Assembly (NCBI GenBank): GCA_046329575.1
Contig: JAXLUJ010000006.1
Location: 166,121 to 230,120, forward strand
From: Chitinophagales bacterium
Lineage (GTDB): Bacteria > Bacteroidota > Bacteroidia > Chitinophagales > LD1
DNA length: 64,000 nt
Direction: 5' to 3'
Shown here: positions 22,783 to 31,895 of the stretch, piece by piece
Position numbering within the stretch: position 1 is the first letter of the stretch
Layout: the number at the start of each line of letters is the position of its first letter
The notes under the pieces: generated by a model
The model's input: the letters and a program-made list of their open reading frames with translations, nothing else
Databases searched by the model: none
Told to the model about the DNA's origin: nothing
Program-made: the position numbers and the translations under genes

Positions 22783-23054
22783 TGGATCCAAAAATGAATT
22801 TTCTGTTTATCGGCGGCATGTTGGCCGTGATGTATTTCTTTTTCATTCGCCCGCAAAGCCAAAAGGTGAAAAAGGAAAAAGAGTTTGTAGATGCCTTAAA
22901 AAAAGGCGATAAAGTAGTGACCACGGCCGGAATCCATGGCACAGTTGAGCGCGTGGAAGACGACGCGATTATTCTGGAAATTGCCAAGGATGTAAAAATC
23001 AAAGTGGCCAAAGCGGGCATCTCGGGCGAAATGAGCCAGACAAGCGCAAAGTGA
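22782..23054 (+). CDS. yajC: Preprotein translocase subunit YajC
   Basis: One TM segment, then IRPQSQKVKKEKEF...LKKGDKVVTTAGIHGTV. Confidence 0.85.
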   Translation: MDPKMNFLFIGGMLAVMYFFFIRPQSQKVKKEKEFVDALKKGDKVVTTAGIHGTVERVEDDAIILEIAKDVKIKVAKAGISGEMSQTSAK

Positions 23055-23166
23055 AAAGTTATAAGTTCTGAGTTCTAAGTTCTGAGTTCTGAGTAAAAAT
23101 GGAGCGTTCAAACTCCGTGACCCAATTACCCTTAATTTTAAACTTATAACTTGTAACTTAAAATTA
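23055..23166. repeat. Self-contained heptamer-array hairpin (RAGTTCT-type arm, approx 37-nt centre, inverted AACTTRT-type arm) directly after yajC
   Basis: Left arm 23055-23094, right arm 23132-23166. The complementarity is imperfect and tolerates register shifts. Confidence 0.75.
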
Positions 23167-23173
23167 CCTGCGC

Positions 23174-24436
23174 ATGATTCCATTGCCGGAGCGGCTGCGG
23201 CCGAAGCGTTTTGAAGATTTTGTTGGGCAGCAACATTTGTTGGGCGAAGGCAAAGTGCTTCGAAAACTGATTGAATCGCAGGCCATTCCTTCCATGATTT
23301 TTTGGGGGCCTCCGGGGGTGGGCAAAACTTCTATTGCTCGTTTTATTGCCGAAAAAGCTACGCTTCCTTTTTATGCGCTTAGCGCCATTGATGCCGGCGT
23401 GAAAGAAGTGCGCGCCGTGATCGAAAAGGCCACGCAGCAAGGTCAGGCCATTCTGTTTATTGATGAAATTCATCGTTTCAACAAGGCGCAACAAGATGCA
23501 TTGTTAGGCGCTGTGGAACGCGGCACCATCATCCTGATTGGCGCCACTACCGAAAACCCGTCATTCGAAGTGATCTCAGCGCTGTTGTCGCGCTGCCAGG
23601 TGTACATTTTAAAATCACTGGAACGCAGTGAGCTGGAACAATTGGTGCATAGTGCGTTGCAAAAAGACGAATGGCTACGTACGAAAAATGTGACTATTGA
23701 AGAAACAGAAGCCTTGCTGCGCTATAGCGGCGGCGATGCGCGGAAGTTGCTGAATGTACTGGAATTGGTAGTGAAATCGTTTGACGAAAATCAACAACCT
23801 AAAAACATCACCAATGCTTTTGTGGAATCGGCCATTCAACAAAAAATGGCGATTTACGATAAAAGCGGAGAACAGCACTACGACATCATTTCAGCCTTTA
23901 TCAAATCCATTCGGGGCAGTGATCCCAATGCGGCTTTGTATTATTTAGCCCGAATGATTGAAGGCGGTGAAGACCCGAAGTTTATTGCGCGGCGTTTACT
24001 GATTCTAAGCAGTGAGGATATCGGCAATGCCAATCCGAATGCGCTGCTGCTGGCCAATGCCTGTTTTCAGGCGGTAACTACCATTGGCTATCCCGAATGC
24101 CAGCTCACCCTTTCACAAACTGTAATTTATTTAGCTACGTCTCCGAAAAGCAACAGCGCCACCACAGCCATTGGCGAAGCCCGCGCTAAGGTGCGCGAAA
24201 CCGGCGATTTGCCTGTTCCGCTGCATTTGCGCAATGCACCAACCAAACTGATGAAACAATTGAACTATGGGAAAGATTATCAGTATGCGCACAGCCATGA
24301 AGGCAATTTCATAGCCGATGAGTTTTTACCCGAAAAAATAAGCGCCACCAAATTTTATGAACCGGGCAACAACGCCCGCGAAAATGAAACCCGCAAACAG
24401 TTACGCCAGTGGTGGAAGGAGAAGTACGGATATTGA
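23174..24436 (+). CDS. rarA: Replication-associated recombination protein A (AAA+ ATPase)
   Basis: Walker [10 protein letters not shown], Walker [13 protein letters not shown], and the MgsA C-terminal region [12 protein letters not shown]. Confidence 0.9.
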   Translation: MIPLPERLRPKRFEDFVGQQHLLGEGKVLRKLIESQAIPSMIFWGPPGVGKTSIARFIAEKATLPFYALSAIDAGVKEVRAVIEKATQQGQAILFIDEIHRFNKAQQDALLGAVERGTIILIGATTENPSFEVISALLSRCQVYILKSLERSELEQLVHSALQKDEWLRTKNVTIEETEALLRYSGGDARKLLNVLELVVKSFDENQQPKNITNAFVESAIQQKMAIYDKSGEQHYDIISAFIKSIRGSDPNAALYYLARMIEGGEDPKFIARRLLILSSEDIGNANPNALLLANACFQAVTTIGYPECQLTLSQTVIYLATSPKSNSATTAIGEARAKVRETGDLPVPLHLRNAPTKLMKQLNYGKDYQYAHSHEGNFIADEFLPEKISATKFYEPGNNARENETRKQLRQWWKEKYGY

Positions 24437-24496
24437 AAGGGGAAAGTTGAAAGTTTCAAGTGAAAAATTTTAAGTGGAAAGAGAAAGTTGGAAGTC
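24435..24496. repeat. Heptamer-block array (GTTGAAA/GTGAAAA/GTGGAAA type), left boundary of the AT-rich island
   Basis: Reads GAAAGGGGAAAGTTGAAAGTTTCAAGTGAAAAATTTTAAGTGGAAAGAGAAAGTTGGAAGTC. Confidence 0.7.
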
Positions 24497-24608
24497 TTTC
24501 ATGTTTTTAAGACGCAAGAAATAGAAATCGAAACCCAAATGTCGAAAACAATATTTCAGCTTAGGAAAAGCGAGTTTAGGTAAAACAAAAAAACTAATAA
24601 TTGCTTTC

Positions 24609-24869
24609 CTAATTTACCTTCACCAAATCACTAAGAGATAAGTCAAGAGCGTCTGCGATTTTTTTTAGAGAACAAATAGAGACATTTAATTCACCACGTT
24701 CAATCCGGCCAATTTGTTCAGCGTGATTATTAATTCTCACGGCTAAGTCCAACTGAGTATATCCTTTTGAAAGACGAACGGAGCGAATTCTTCTACCTAG
24801 TAGTTCTAAAAAGCCATCATCTTTTACCGATTGCACTCCACAACAATGGGTCCCTAAGCCAAGAAACAA
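24609..24869 (-). CDS. XRE-family helix-turn-helix transcriptional regulator
   Basis: LGRRIRSVRLSKGYTQLDLAVRINNHAEQIGRIERGELNVSICSLKKIADAL. The track start is a TTG inside the palindrome; a GTG at 24836 is an alternative start. Confidence 0.8.
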   Translation of the reverse strand: MFLGLGTHCCGVQSVKDDGFLELLGRRIRSVRLSKGYTQLDLAVRINNHAEQIGRIERGELNVSICSLKKIADALDLSLSDLVKVN

Positions 24870-24892
24870 TAGAACATATATGTTCTATTGTT
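24865..24892. promoter_or_regulatory. Perfect 28-bp palindrome, candidate operator of the XRE regulator
   Basis: AACAATAGAACATATATGTTCTATTGTT equals its own reverse complement. It sits at the 5' end of the XRE gene in the divergent intergenic region. Confidence 0.6.
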
Positions 24893-25038
24893 AAATAATT
24901 CTCTTATCTTCGAAAAAATCTTCGCCTATGGTATGACAAACGAAAATTCTGTCCTTTGATTTGCGGACAAAAATTAAAGCAAATCGAGCGTTCGCCGAAA
25001 AGCTATATAGAGTAGGTGTCAACTAACCAAAAATCAAA

Positions 25039-25494
25039 ATGAAAAAACTAATTTTAATTTGTTCGTTATCTATTGCATCCGTAAATTTTTGTAGTGCACT
25101 CGCATATGTCTGCTATTCTACTTCATGGGGGCCAAACTGTTTTGGATCAAATGGTAACTGTGACTATTTCTATAGCCATGGATGTAATACAAACTGCACG
25201 TGCACACAACTTTTACAATATCAACCAATTTGGAATAGAACAGATTTCACTTTCGGTTCAGAAAAGGAAAACTCTGTTTCCATAAAAAATTCTGAAGGAA
25301 AAATTATTGCCAATTTAGAACTCAATGACATTCCGGAAGGATCAGTTTTCCGTATAGATTATATCGAAAGTCTTAATATTATGTGCTTCCGCTTTTACAA
25401 CGGTGTTTTGCTTTCAAAAATTTCGGATATAAAAAATGCTAGTCCGTGTGAATTCGATGAGGCTTTGGTTAAAGAGATTAAAATATCTATTTAA
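25039..25494 (+). CDS. Small secreted Cys-rich protein, unknown function
   Basis: Signal peptide MKKLILICSLSIASVNFCSA. The Cys-rich stretch is YVCYSTSWGPNCFGSNGNCDYFYSHGCNTNCTC. Confidence 0.6.
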   Translation: MKKLILICSLSIASVNFCSALAYVCYSTSWGPNCFGSNGNCDYFYSHGCNTNCTCTQLLQYQPIWNRTDFTFGSEKENSVSIKNSEGKIIANLELNDIPEGSVFRIDYIESLNIMCFRFYNGVLLSKISDIKNASPCEFDEALVKEIKISI

Positions 25495-26308
25495 CTTTCT
25501 AATAATAAAACAAGGAGGAATCATTTGGGTCTTCCTTGTTTTATCAACAAAACTGATAGCCCAAAGCAATCTGGTTCAGAACGGAGATTTCGAAAGTCTA
25601 TTGAAAATCCCCGCAATTAATCTCTCGAACGGACCGCAGAGCGGGGCGGTTATAATTGAAGATTCATCGGTAGGATGGCAGGTTTCAAATCGTGAATTGG
25701 TTCCGGTAATATCTGATTTCTGGAATTTTTCTGACATGAATAACCGTGTTTGTTGCAATGCTTTTTACAGTGATTCCAATATTGCATATAGTGGCAAGGT
25801 GTTTTCCTATTGCTATCTCATCAATATGATTTCAGAAAAAGAAGGTTCAGCAGTTTTGCTGATCGGAACTCTTGCTCAGCCTTTGCAATCAGGCAAACTG
25901 TATCGCCTCTCATTTAAGGCAAAATACTTTTCCGGGACGGTTACAAGCGACAGCATCGCCGTTGGCTTAACAAAAAAACCACCAATTCAAGAAGTGAACT
26001 ACACTTCAAGAAATGATCGCTTGCTTTCAAATGCTGCATCATGGTCAAATACTCGTTTGCCTATGAGGAGAGAAATTGATGACTACCAATTGCTCACCTT
26101 TGAATTTAAAGCGAAAGGCAGTGAAAAGTATATCGCCTTAGGCGCTGACGGAAATTTCAAATTCAAGAAATTAAAAAAACCATTTGGCAAATTCCGAAAC
26201 GACAATCACCTACCCTTTTTGATGATAGCGATAGACGATGTACGTGTTGAACCCATAGAACCTGAAAAAAATGGTTTAGGTAAAACCATAATCAGAAGTG
26301 CGGAATAA
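25457..26308 (+). CDS. Secreted protein with N-terminal NLVxNGDFE jelly-roll (CBM4_9/galactose-binding-like) signature
   Basis: Hydrophobic leader IIWVFLVLSTKLIAQ followed by SNLVQNGDFE. The start is uncertain (25436 or 25457), and the ORF overlaps the upstream ORF. Confidence 0.6.
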   Translation: MRLWLKRLKYLFNFLIIKQGGIIWVFLVLSTKLIAQSNLVQNGDFESLLKIPAINLSNGPQSGAVIIEDSSVGWQVSNRELVPVISDFWNFSDMNNRVCCNAFYSDSNIAYSGKVFSYCYLINMISEKEGSAVLLIGTLAQPLQSGKLYRLSFKAKYFSGTVTSDSIAVGLTKKPPIQEVNYTSRNDRLLSNAASWSNTRLPMRREIDDYQLLTFEFKAKGSEKYIALGADGNFKFKKLKKPFGKFRNDNHLPFLMIAIDDVRVEPIEPEKNGLGKTIIRSAE

Positions 26309-26410
26309 ACTATCTGAGATGTCTTGAATCTTACAGCAACTGCCCTTAGTTTCTCCATCAGAATCGATGAAACTAGTTTTAACTTCAGCGTAGATTACAA
26401 ACACCAAGCT

Positions 26411-26447
26411 AAATCAATTTTTCACTGTCCACTTAAAATTTAAAACT
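26411..26447. repeat. Inverted heptamer-block arm, right boundary of the AT-rich island
   Basis: Its reverse complement AGTTTTAAATTTTAAGTGGACAGTGAAAAATTGATTT carries the same GTGAAAA/TTTTAAGTGGA blocks as 24435-24496. Confidence 0.6.
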
Positions 26448-27350
26448 CTAAAACAGTCCGAAAAGCTCCGTATTCACGCGGTGGATTACATCTGACAGCG
26501 CGTTTTCATCTTCGGCAAAGTTGGTTTGATCAACATCAATAATCAATAACCTGCCGGTGTAGGAACTAATCCATTTTTCGTAGAATTCGTTCAGTCTTTT
26601 CAAATAATCTAAACGAAGATTATCTTCATACTCGCGGCCACGCTTCTGAATTTGATTCACTAAAGTGGGTACCGATGCACGCAAATAGATTAACAAATCT
26701 GGCGGACGAATCAGCGAACCAATAGTTTCAAACAAACGCGTATAATTTTCAAAATCGCGAGTGCTCATCAACCCCATGCTGTGCAGGTTGGGGGCAAAAA
26801 TGCAAGCATCTTCATGAATGGTGCGATCCTGAATCACTACTTCTTCGCCTTTCTGGATTTCGATGATTTGACGGAATCGCGAATTGAGGAAGAACACCTG
26901 AAGGTTGAACGACCATCGCGGCATATCTTCATAAAAATCGTTCAGATAGGGATTGTTTTCTACATCCTCATAATGAGGTAACCAACCGAAATGTTTGGCC
27001 AGCAAACGCGTGAGCGTACTTTTGCCGGCACCAATGTTTCCGGCTATGGCAATATGCCTGATCTTATCTTTCGGTATTCTTGGTACGCCTTTATTTGCGA
27101 CACTTTTCTCCACTTCCGCCACCGGTTTTTTGGCAGCCGGAATTTTCACTTTTGCGGCAGCCTTGGGAGCAGGTTTCGCAGCCGGTTTTGGAGCAGGTTT
27201 CGCAACTGCTTTGGCCTTCACTGCCTTTTTTGCAGGCGCTGCGGCTTTCTTCAAAGCCTTCTTCGCCGGCTTTTTGGCAACTGATTTAGGGGCTGTTTTT
27301 TTCTTCACTGGCATACCGAGGGATTTGGGAAGCATTGCTGCTCCATTCAT
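26448..27350 (-). CDS. Deoxynucleoside kinase with an approx 95-aa Ala/Lys/Pro-rich N-terminal extension
   Basis: P-loop [14 protein letters not shown], then [27 protein letters not shown] and a DR motif region. The N-terminus reads [42 protein letters not shown]. There is no ATG between that region and the kinase core. Confidence 0.8.
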   Translation of the reverse strand: MNGAAMLPKSLGMPVKKKTAPKSVAKKPAKKALKKAAAPAKKAVKAKAVAKPAPKPAAKPAPKAAAKVKIPAAKKPVAEVEKSVANKGVPRIPKDKIRHIAIAGNIGAGKSTLTRLLAKHFGWLPHYEDVENNPYLNDFYEDMPRWSFNLQVFFLNSRFRQIIEIQKGEEVVIQDRTIHEDACIFAPNLHSMGLMSTRDFENYTRLFETIGSLIRPPDLLIYLRASVPTLVNQIQKRGREYEDNLRLDYLKRLNEFYEKWISSYTGRLLIIDVDQTNFAEDENALSDVIHRVNTELFGLF

Positions 27351-27394
27351 AATTAGGTGCGCCGAAAATAGAAAAATTCTTCTCCAGTATTTGC

Positions 27395-27402
27395 TATTTT
27401 TG
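27395..27402 (+). promoter_or_regulatory. Candidate Bacteroidota -7 promoter box (TAnnTTTG) for gcvP
   Basis: TATTTTTG lies 25 nt upstream of the ATG at 27427. Confidence 0.35.
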
Positions 27403-27426
27403 CGGCCTAAAATTCTACGGCTTTCT

Positions 27427-30303
27427 ATGCTGAATTTACGTTCTACCGACGCGTTTGTAAACCGTCACTTAGGTCCCAACTCACACGAAACTTCTGAAAT
27501 GCTCAAAGCCATTGGCGTAGCCAGTGTGGATGAACTGATTGCACAAACCGTTCCGGCAGCCATTTTGCGCAACCGACCGTTACAGTTACCTGAAGCCCAA
27601 AGCGAATACGACTACCTTCGCTTTCTTCGTCAGAAGGCCGCAAAAAACAAACTCTTCAAAAATTTCATCGGTTGCGGTTATTACGGCACCATCACTCCTG
27701 CTGTGATCCGGAGAAATATTCTCGAAAATCCGGGTTGGTACACCCAATACACACCTTATCAGGCCGAAATCGCACAAGGCCGCCTGGAAGCATTGCTGAA
27801 TTTCCAAACTATGATCAGCGACCTCACCTCCATGCCGGTGGCCAATGCCTCGCTGCTGGATGAAGGTACGGCAGCCGCCGAAGCCATGCACATGTTCTGG
27901 GGAGTAAAGAATAAACGCGAAGCAGAATTCAATAAGTTTTTTGTATCCGAAAAATGTTTCCCGCAAACTATTGATGTAATCAAAACCCGCGCACACATCC
28001 TGGGTATTGAAGTAGTAATTGGCGATCACAACACTATTGCAATTGACCAGCAATTCTTCGGGGCTTTACTGCAATATCCGGCTATTGATGGAAATGTTCA
28101 CGATTACAGCCCTTTTGTAAGTAAATGTAAGGCGGTGGAATGTTATGTGACGGTAGCCGCCGACCTGCTCGCACTCACGCTCCTGACGCCGCCGGGCGAA
28201 TGGGGCGCTGATTGTGTAGTTGGAAATTCTCAGCGCTTTGGAATCCCGATGGGTTATGGCGGTCCGCATGCCGCATTCTTCGCCACGCGCGACGACTTCA
28301 AACGCATTCTTCCCGGCCGTATCATTGGCGTTTCGATAGATGCGCAACAACAACCCGCCTTGCGCATGGCGCTGCAAACGCGCGAGCAACACATCCGCCG
28401 CGAAAAAGCTACTTCCAATATTTGTACGGCTCAGGCCTTGTTAGCCATTATGGCGGGCATGTATGGCGTTTACCACGGCGGCACAGGTATTAAGGCTATC
28501 GCACTTCGTATCAACACCCTGGCGCTTACACTTCATCAGGAATTAAAGAATCTGGGATTTGAAGTGAACCAACAGCCATTGTTCGATACCGTTTGTGTGA
28601 ACACCAAAGGTTCGGAAAAATTGCACGACAAGATCCACCACATGGCGCTGGAACGCGAAATGAATTTCTTTTACGATGTGCACGCTATTTATATTTCGGT
28701 TGATGAAACCACATCGCCCGAAGATGTTACTGCCATTTGTGGTTTGTTTGCCGAAGCACACGGAAAAACCAATTATGCTTTTGCTATCGAAAAAGCGGCT
28801 GCGGCCGTAAAACCTTATGCACCGCGCACTTCGGCGTATCTCACTCATGCAGTGTTCAACACCCACCGCAGCGAAACCCAATTGATGCGCTACATCAAAT
28901 CACTGGAGAATAAAGACCTAAGCCTCACCAAAAGCATGATACCGCTGGGAAGCTGCACCATGAAACTGAATGCGGCAGCTGAACTGGAGCCCGTGAGCTG
29001 GCCGGAGTTTGGCGGATTGCATCCTTTCGTGCCACAGGAACAGGCTGCGGGATTTCAGGAAATCTTACGTGAATTGGAAAGTTACCTCAGCGAAATTACC
29101 GGCTTTGCCGGAACTTCGCTGCAACCCAACAGCGGTGCTCAAGGCGAATATGCCGGATTGCAGGTAATTCGCGCCTATCAAAAGGACAACGGACAAGCCC
29201 ATCGCGATGTAGCCCTCATTCCGGCTTCGGCGCATGGCACCAACCCCGCTACAGCCGTAATGTGTGGATTAAAAGTGGTAGTGGTAGCTACGAATGAAAA
29301 AGGCGAGATCGACTTTAACGATCTGATGAAAAAGGCAGAGGAACACCGCGATAACCTCTGCTGCCTCATGGTTACTTACCCTTCTACGCATGGCGTTTTT
29401 GAACACAACATCAAAGAAGTTTGCGATTTGATTCACGCACATGGCGGACAAGTTTATATGGATGGCGCGAATCTGAACGCTCAGGTAGGATTGACCGGCC
29501 CGGGTTTCATTGGCGCTGATGTGAACCACATCAATCTGCACAAAACCTTTGCTATTCCTCACGGTGGCGGCGGTCCGGGCATGGGTCCTATTTGTGTGGC
29601 CGAACACCTCACACCTTATCTGCCGGGTAATCCGCTTATCCAAACCGGTGGCGAAAAAGCAATCACGGCTATATCATCAGCGCCTTATGGCAGCGCCAGC
29701 ATTTTGCTAATCTCCTACGGTTATATCCGTATGCTGGGCGCCGAAGGCTGCACGGCTGCTACGAAGTATGCCATTCTAAACGCCAACTACATTAAAGCGC
29801 GGCTGGAAGATCACTTCCCGGTTTTATACACCGGCGATATTCACGGCCGCGTGGCGCATGAACTGATTGTTGATTTCCGCCATTACAAACATACCGTAGG
29901 CATTGAAGTGGAAGACGTGGCCAAACGGTTGATGGATTATGGTTTCCACGCGCCAACGGTTTCGTTCCCGGTTGCCGGAACGTTGATGATTGAACCTACT
30001 GAAAGTGAAGATAAGGCCGAATTGGACCGTTTGTGCGATGCGCTGATTGCTATCAAAGGCGAGATTGAAAAAATTCATGGAAAGGTGTGGGATGCCACTA
30101 ACAATCCACTGAAAAATGCACCGCATACGCTCGAACTGATTACAGCTAACGAATGGACTCGTCCTTACACCCGCGAAGAAGCCGCGTTCCCGCTGCCGTG
30201 GGTTCGCCATAACAAGTTCTGGCCAAGCGTAAGCCGGGTGAACAACTCACATGGCGATAGAAATCTGATTTGTACTTGCCCGGCAGTGGAGGAGTATATG
30301 TAG
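27427..30303 (+). CDS. gcvP: Glycine dehydrogenase (aminomethyl-transferring), glycine cleavage P protein
   Basis: 958 aa from [18 protein letters not shown]. It has the [25 protein letters not shown] and [18 protein letters not shown] motifs. The track ORF's earlier start is an antisense artefact. Confidence 0.95.
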   Translation: MLNLRSTDAFVNRHLGPNSHETSEMLKAIGVASVDELIAQTVPAAILRNRPLQLPEAQSEYDYLRFLRQKAAKNKLFKNFIGCGYYGTITPAVIRRNILENPGWYTQYTPYQAEIAQGRLEALLNFQTMISDLTSMPVANASLLDEGTAAAEAMHMFWGVKNKREAEFNKFFVSEKCFPQTIDVIKTRAHILGIEVVIGDHNTIAIDQQFFGALLQYPAIDGNVHDYSPFVSKCKAVECYVTVAADLLALTLLTPPGEWGADCVVGNSQRFGIPMGYGGPHAAFFATRDDFKRILPGRIIGVSIDAQQQPALRMALQTREQHIRREKATSNICTAQALLAIMAGMYGVYHGGTGIKAIALRINTLALTLHQELKNLGFEVNQQPLFDTVCVNTKGSEKLHDKIHHMALEREMNFFYDVHAIYISVDETTSPEDVTAICGLFAEAHGKTNYAFAIEKAAAAVKPYAPRTSAYLTHAVFNTHRSETQLMRYIKSLENKDLSLTKSMIPLGSCTMKLNAAAELEPVSWPEFGGLHPFVPQEQAAGFQEILRELESYLSEITGFAGTSLQPNSGAQGEYAGLQVIRAYQKDNGQAHRDVALIPASAHGTNPATAVMCGLKVVVVATNEKGEIDFNDLMKKAEEHRDNLCCLMVTYPSTHGVFEHNIKEVCDLIHAHGGQVYMDGANLNAQVGLTGPGFIGADVNHINLHKTFAIPHGGGGPGMGPICVAEHLTPYLPGNPLIQTGGEKAITAISSAPYGSASILLISYGYIRMLGAEGCTAATKYAILNANYIKARLEDHFPVLYTGDIHGRVAHELIVDFRHYKHTVGIEVEDVAKRLMDYGFHAPTVSFPVAGTLMIEPTESEDKAELDRLCDALIAIKGEIEKIHGKVWDATNNPLKNAPHTLELITANEWTRPYTREEAAFPLPWVRHNKFWPSVSRVNNSHGDRNLICTCPAVEEYM

Positions 30304-30305
30304 AT

Positions 30306-30387
30306 ACAATTCACAATGGACAATGAACAATGAACAATGAACGATGAACGATGTGTCATAAGTCATTGTAAATTGTGAATTGTAAAT
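30306..30387. repeat. Self-contained heptamer-array hairpin (ACAATGA arm / TCATTGT-AATTGTR arm) directly after gcvP
   Basis: Left arm 30306-30352, centre TGTCATAAGT, right arm 30364-30387. Confidence 0.75.
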
Positions 30388-30669
30388 GGCGTTGTTGCAT
30401 GAAATTATAGTCTAAACAGGATTTTTATTTTTGCGGATGCCGGGCTGTTCGCTGCAAGTCCTCAGCCGCGGCCTAACTTTTGTGATCCTTGAAATGCAGC
30501 AGTGGCGCGGCTTCCGGGCTTTCCGCTACCATCCCTACCGCGGTTTGCCAAAATATAAAGCCAAACTCATTTTGAACAACACACACAAGTCCTTTTAAAT
30601 ATTTCATCACCTTTTATGAGGCAATGCCCATCCTTGGCGCGTCTGAATTATTCATGCAACAACGCCATT
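30385..30669. mobile_element. MITE-like 285-bp non-coding insertion with 19-bp perfect terminal inverted repeats; contains a GC-rich family element (approx 30436-30545, reverse orientation)
   Basis: AATGGCGTTGTTGCATGAA (30385-30403) is the exact reverse complement of TTCATGCAACAACGCCATT (30651-30669). The flanks on both sides are ATTGTRA heptamers that would be contiguous without the segment. Confidence 0.45.
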
Positions 30670-30704
30670 GTAAATTGTAAATTGTGAATTGTGAATTGTG
30701 AATT
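30667..30704. repeat. ATTGTRA heptamer array (about 5 units), left arm of the 30.7-31.9 kb cassette
   Basis: Reads ATTGTAAATTGTAAATTGTGAATTGTGAATTGTGAATT. Confidence 0.8.
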
Positions 30705-30913
30705 TTCACAAGGTGTATCATACCAAGTATCACTTTAACAAGGTTATTGCATCACCAACCCTTTCAGCAGGTATCAGCTACAAAATAAATTCCCGAATGA
30801 ATCTCAGGATTGAACCTGAATTCCGGTTCAGCGCTATACCGTTGGAAAACGCTCCGATTCACGAATATTTGTATAGCGGCGGGCTGAACATCAGCTACCT
30901 TTTTGGCTTGTAA
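30698..30913 (+). pseudogene. Possible C-terminal fragment of an outer-membrane beta-barrel protein
   Basis: The 71-aa ORF ends in an alternating beta-strand pattern, GGLNISYLFGL. It has no signal peptide and the 5' end lies inside the repeat array. Confidence 0.3.
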
Positions 30914-30926
30914 CGCCAATGTACTT

Positions 30927-31664
30927 CTACCAATTCCGGAAGGCGCGGACATCAACATTCGAATTGTTGTTGTCGATGAAATCGCCGCTAATGCTATCGC
31001 CATTAAGTGTGCCCAGGATTTTTCCGCTGTCGTCTAAAAGCTGATTGGAAGAATTAATGGGCGATGGTCCAAATGTGGAACTGCTATTCGAGGTTGTGGC
31101 ACGCGAGCTGCCGCCATACAGTTTGGCCGTGCGCGAAAGCAGCACATTAAATGTGCCTCTCTCATTTACCGCGCCATTTTTTGTAGTGACGTAAGAACCC
31201 AGAAAACACTCCACTAAGTTGGAGGAAGTTTCTTTATACACATCAAAACTGGCGGTAGGATGGCCTGGAATATTGCTGGAAACCACCACCGGATTAGCTC
31301 CTGTTGGATCAACCGAAAAGGTAACCGAAACCGGATTGCCGTTGTAGGTTCCTGTGAAATCGCTCACATAAGGCTGTCCGGCCGACCATGACACCGCAGC
31401 GGTTAGTACAGTAGTGATGCCATCTAACACCATAGTAGCTTTTATGGTAGAACCGCTATTCAGTATGTCGAACATAATAGTTCCGGTGCTGCCGATGATC
31501 ACGCCTTTATACACGCCTTTGCTGCTATTGTCATTTGCCGCCAGCGCATCCGGTTTGGTAACACAGGTTTTACAGGTATTAGGCGCAGTGCTGTTTTCCG
31601 ACTTTTTACAACCGGAGTTGAAGAGCAATATTATAAGAATGAGAATAGCCGAAACATTTTTCAT
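30927..31664 (-). CDS. Hypothetical lipoprotein
   Basis: Lipobox ILLFNSGCKK. The protein is Ser/Thr/Gly/Asn-rich and I recognise no family. Confidence 0.7.
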   Translation of the reverse strand: MKNVSAILILIILLFNSGCKKSENSTAPNTCKTCVTKPDALAANDNSSKGVYKGVIIGSTGTIMFDILNSGSTIKATMVLDGITTVLTAAVSWSAGQPYVSDFTGTYNGNPVSVTFSVDPTGANPVVVSSNIPGHPTASFDVYKETSSNLVECFLGSYVTTKNGAVNERGTFNVLLSRTAKLYGGSSRATTSNSSSTFGPSPINSSNQLLDDSGKILGTLNGDSISGDFIDNNNSNVDVRAFRNW

Positions 31665-31785
31665 AGTGCTTTGATTTTAGCACGAATGTAAAAGCTGCGT
31701 TTTTTAACGGCCTTCCGAATTCCGGCAAAATCTTACCGCAGAAAAGAAGACTTTTTTTGAGGGGTTTTTGTTGGGGATTAGAGTA

Positions 31786-31895
31786 GGCCCGGCTTCGAAG
31801 CGGCCGGGATTGGAATGGTGCCGCCGAAGGCGGCAGTGCGTAGTGAAACGAAGCACCGGAGCGATAGCGAAGCCATGCAAAGCCCGTAAGCCGCC
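31786..31895. repeat. GC-rich interspersed element copy
   Basis: About 80 percent identical, by my manual alignment, to 44139-44242 (GATTGGAATGG...AGCACCGGAGCGATAGCGAAGCCATGCAAAGCCCGTAAGCCGCC). Hairpin TGCCGCC-GAA-GGCGGCA at 31819-31835. Confidence 0.75.

Noticed and set aside
23055-23166. Interpreting the post-gene palindromes and gene-in-loop units as integron attC sites and cassettes.
   Set aside because: There is no integron integrase or attI in the window. The palindromes follow core genes (yajC, gcvP). They are low-complexity heptamer arrays lacking the R/L core-site organisation of attC. I keep this only as an analogy.
26995-27426. The N-terminal 144-aa extension of the gcvP track ORF (1102 aa).
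   Set aside because: It is antisense to the Ala/Lys/Pro-rich coding region of the kinase gene and reads as [10 protein letters not shown]-type low complexity. A canonical GcvP N-terminus ([18 protein letters not shown]) starts at 27427, which gives the expected ~958 aa.
27351-27426. A possible glycine riboswitch upstream of gcvP.
   Set aside because: Only 76 nt separate the divergent kinase start and the gcvP ATG. That is too short for a glycine riboswitch aptamer plus expression platform, and I see no conserved aptamer core.
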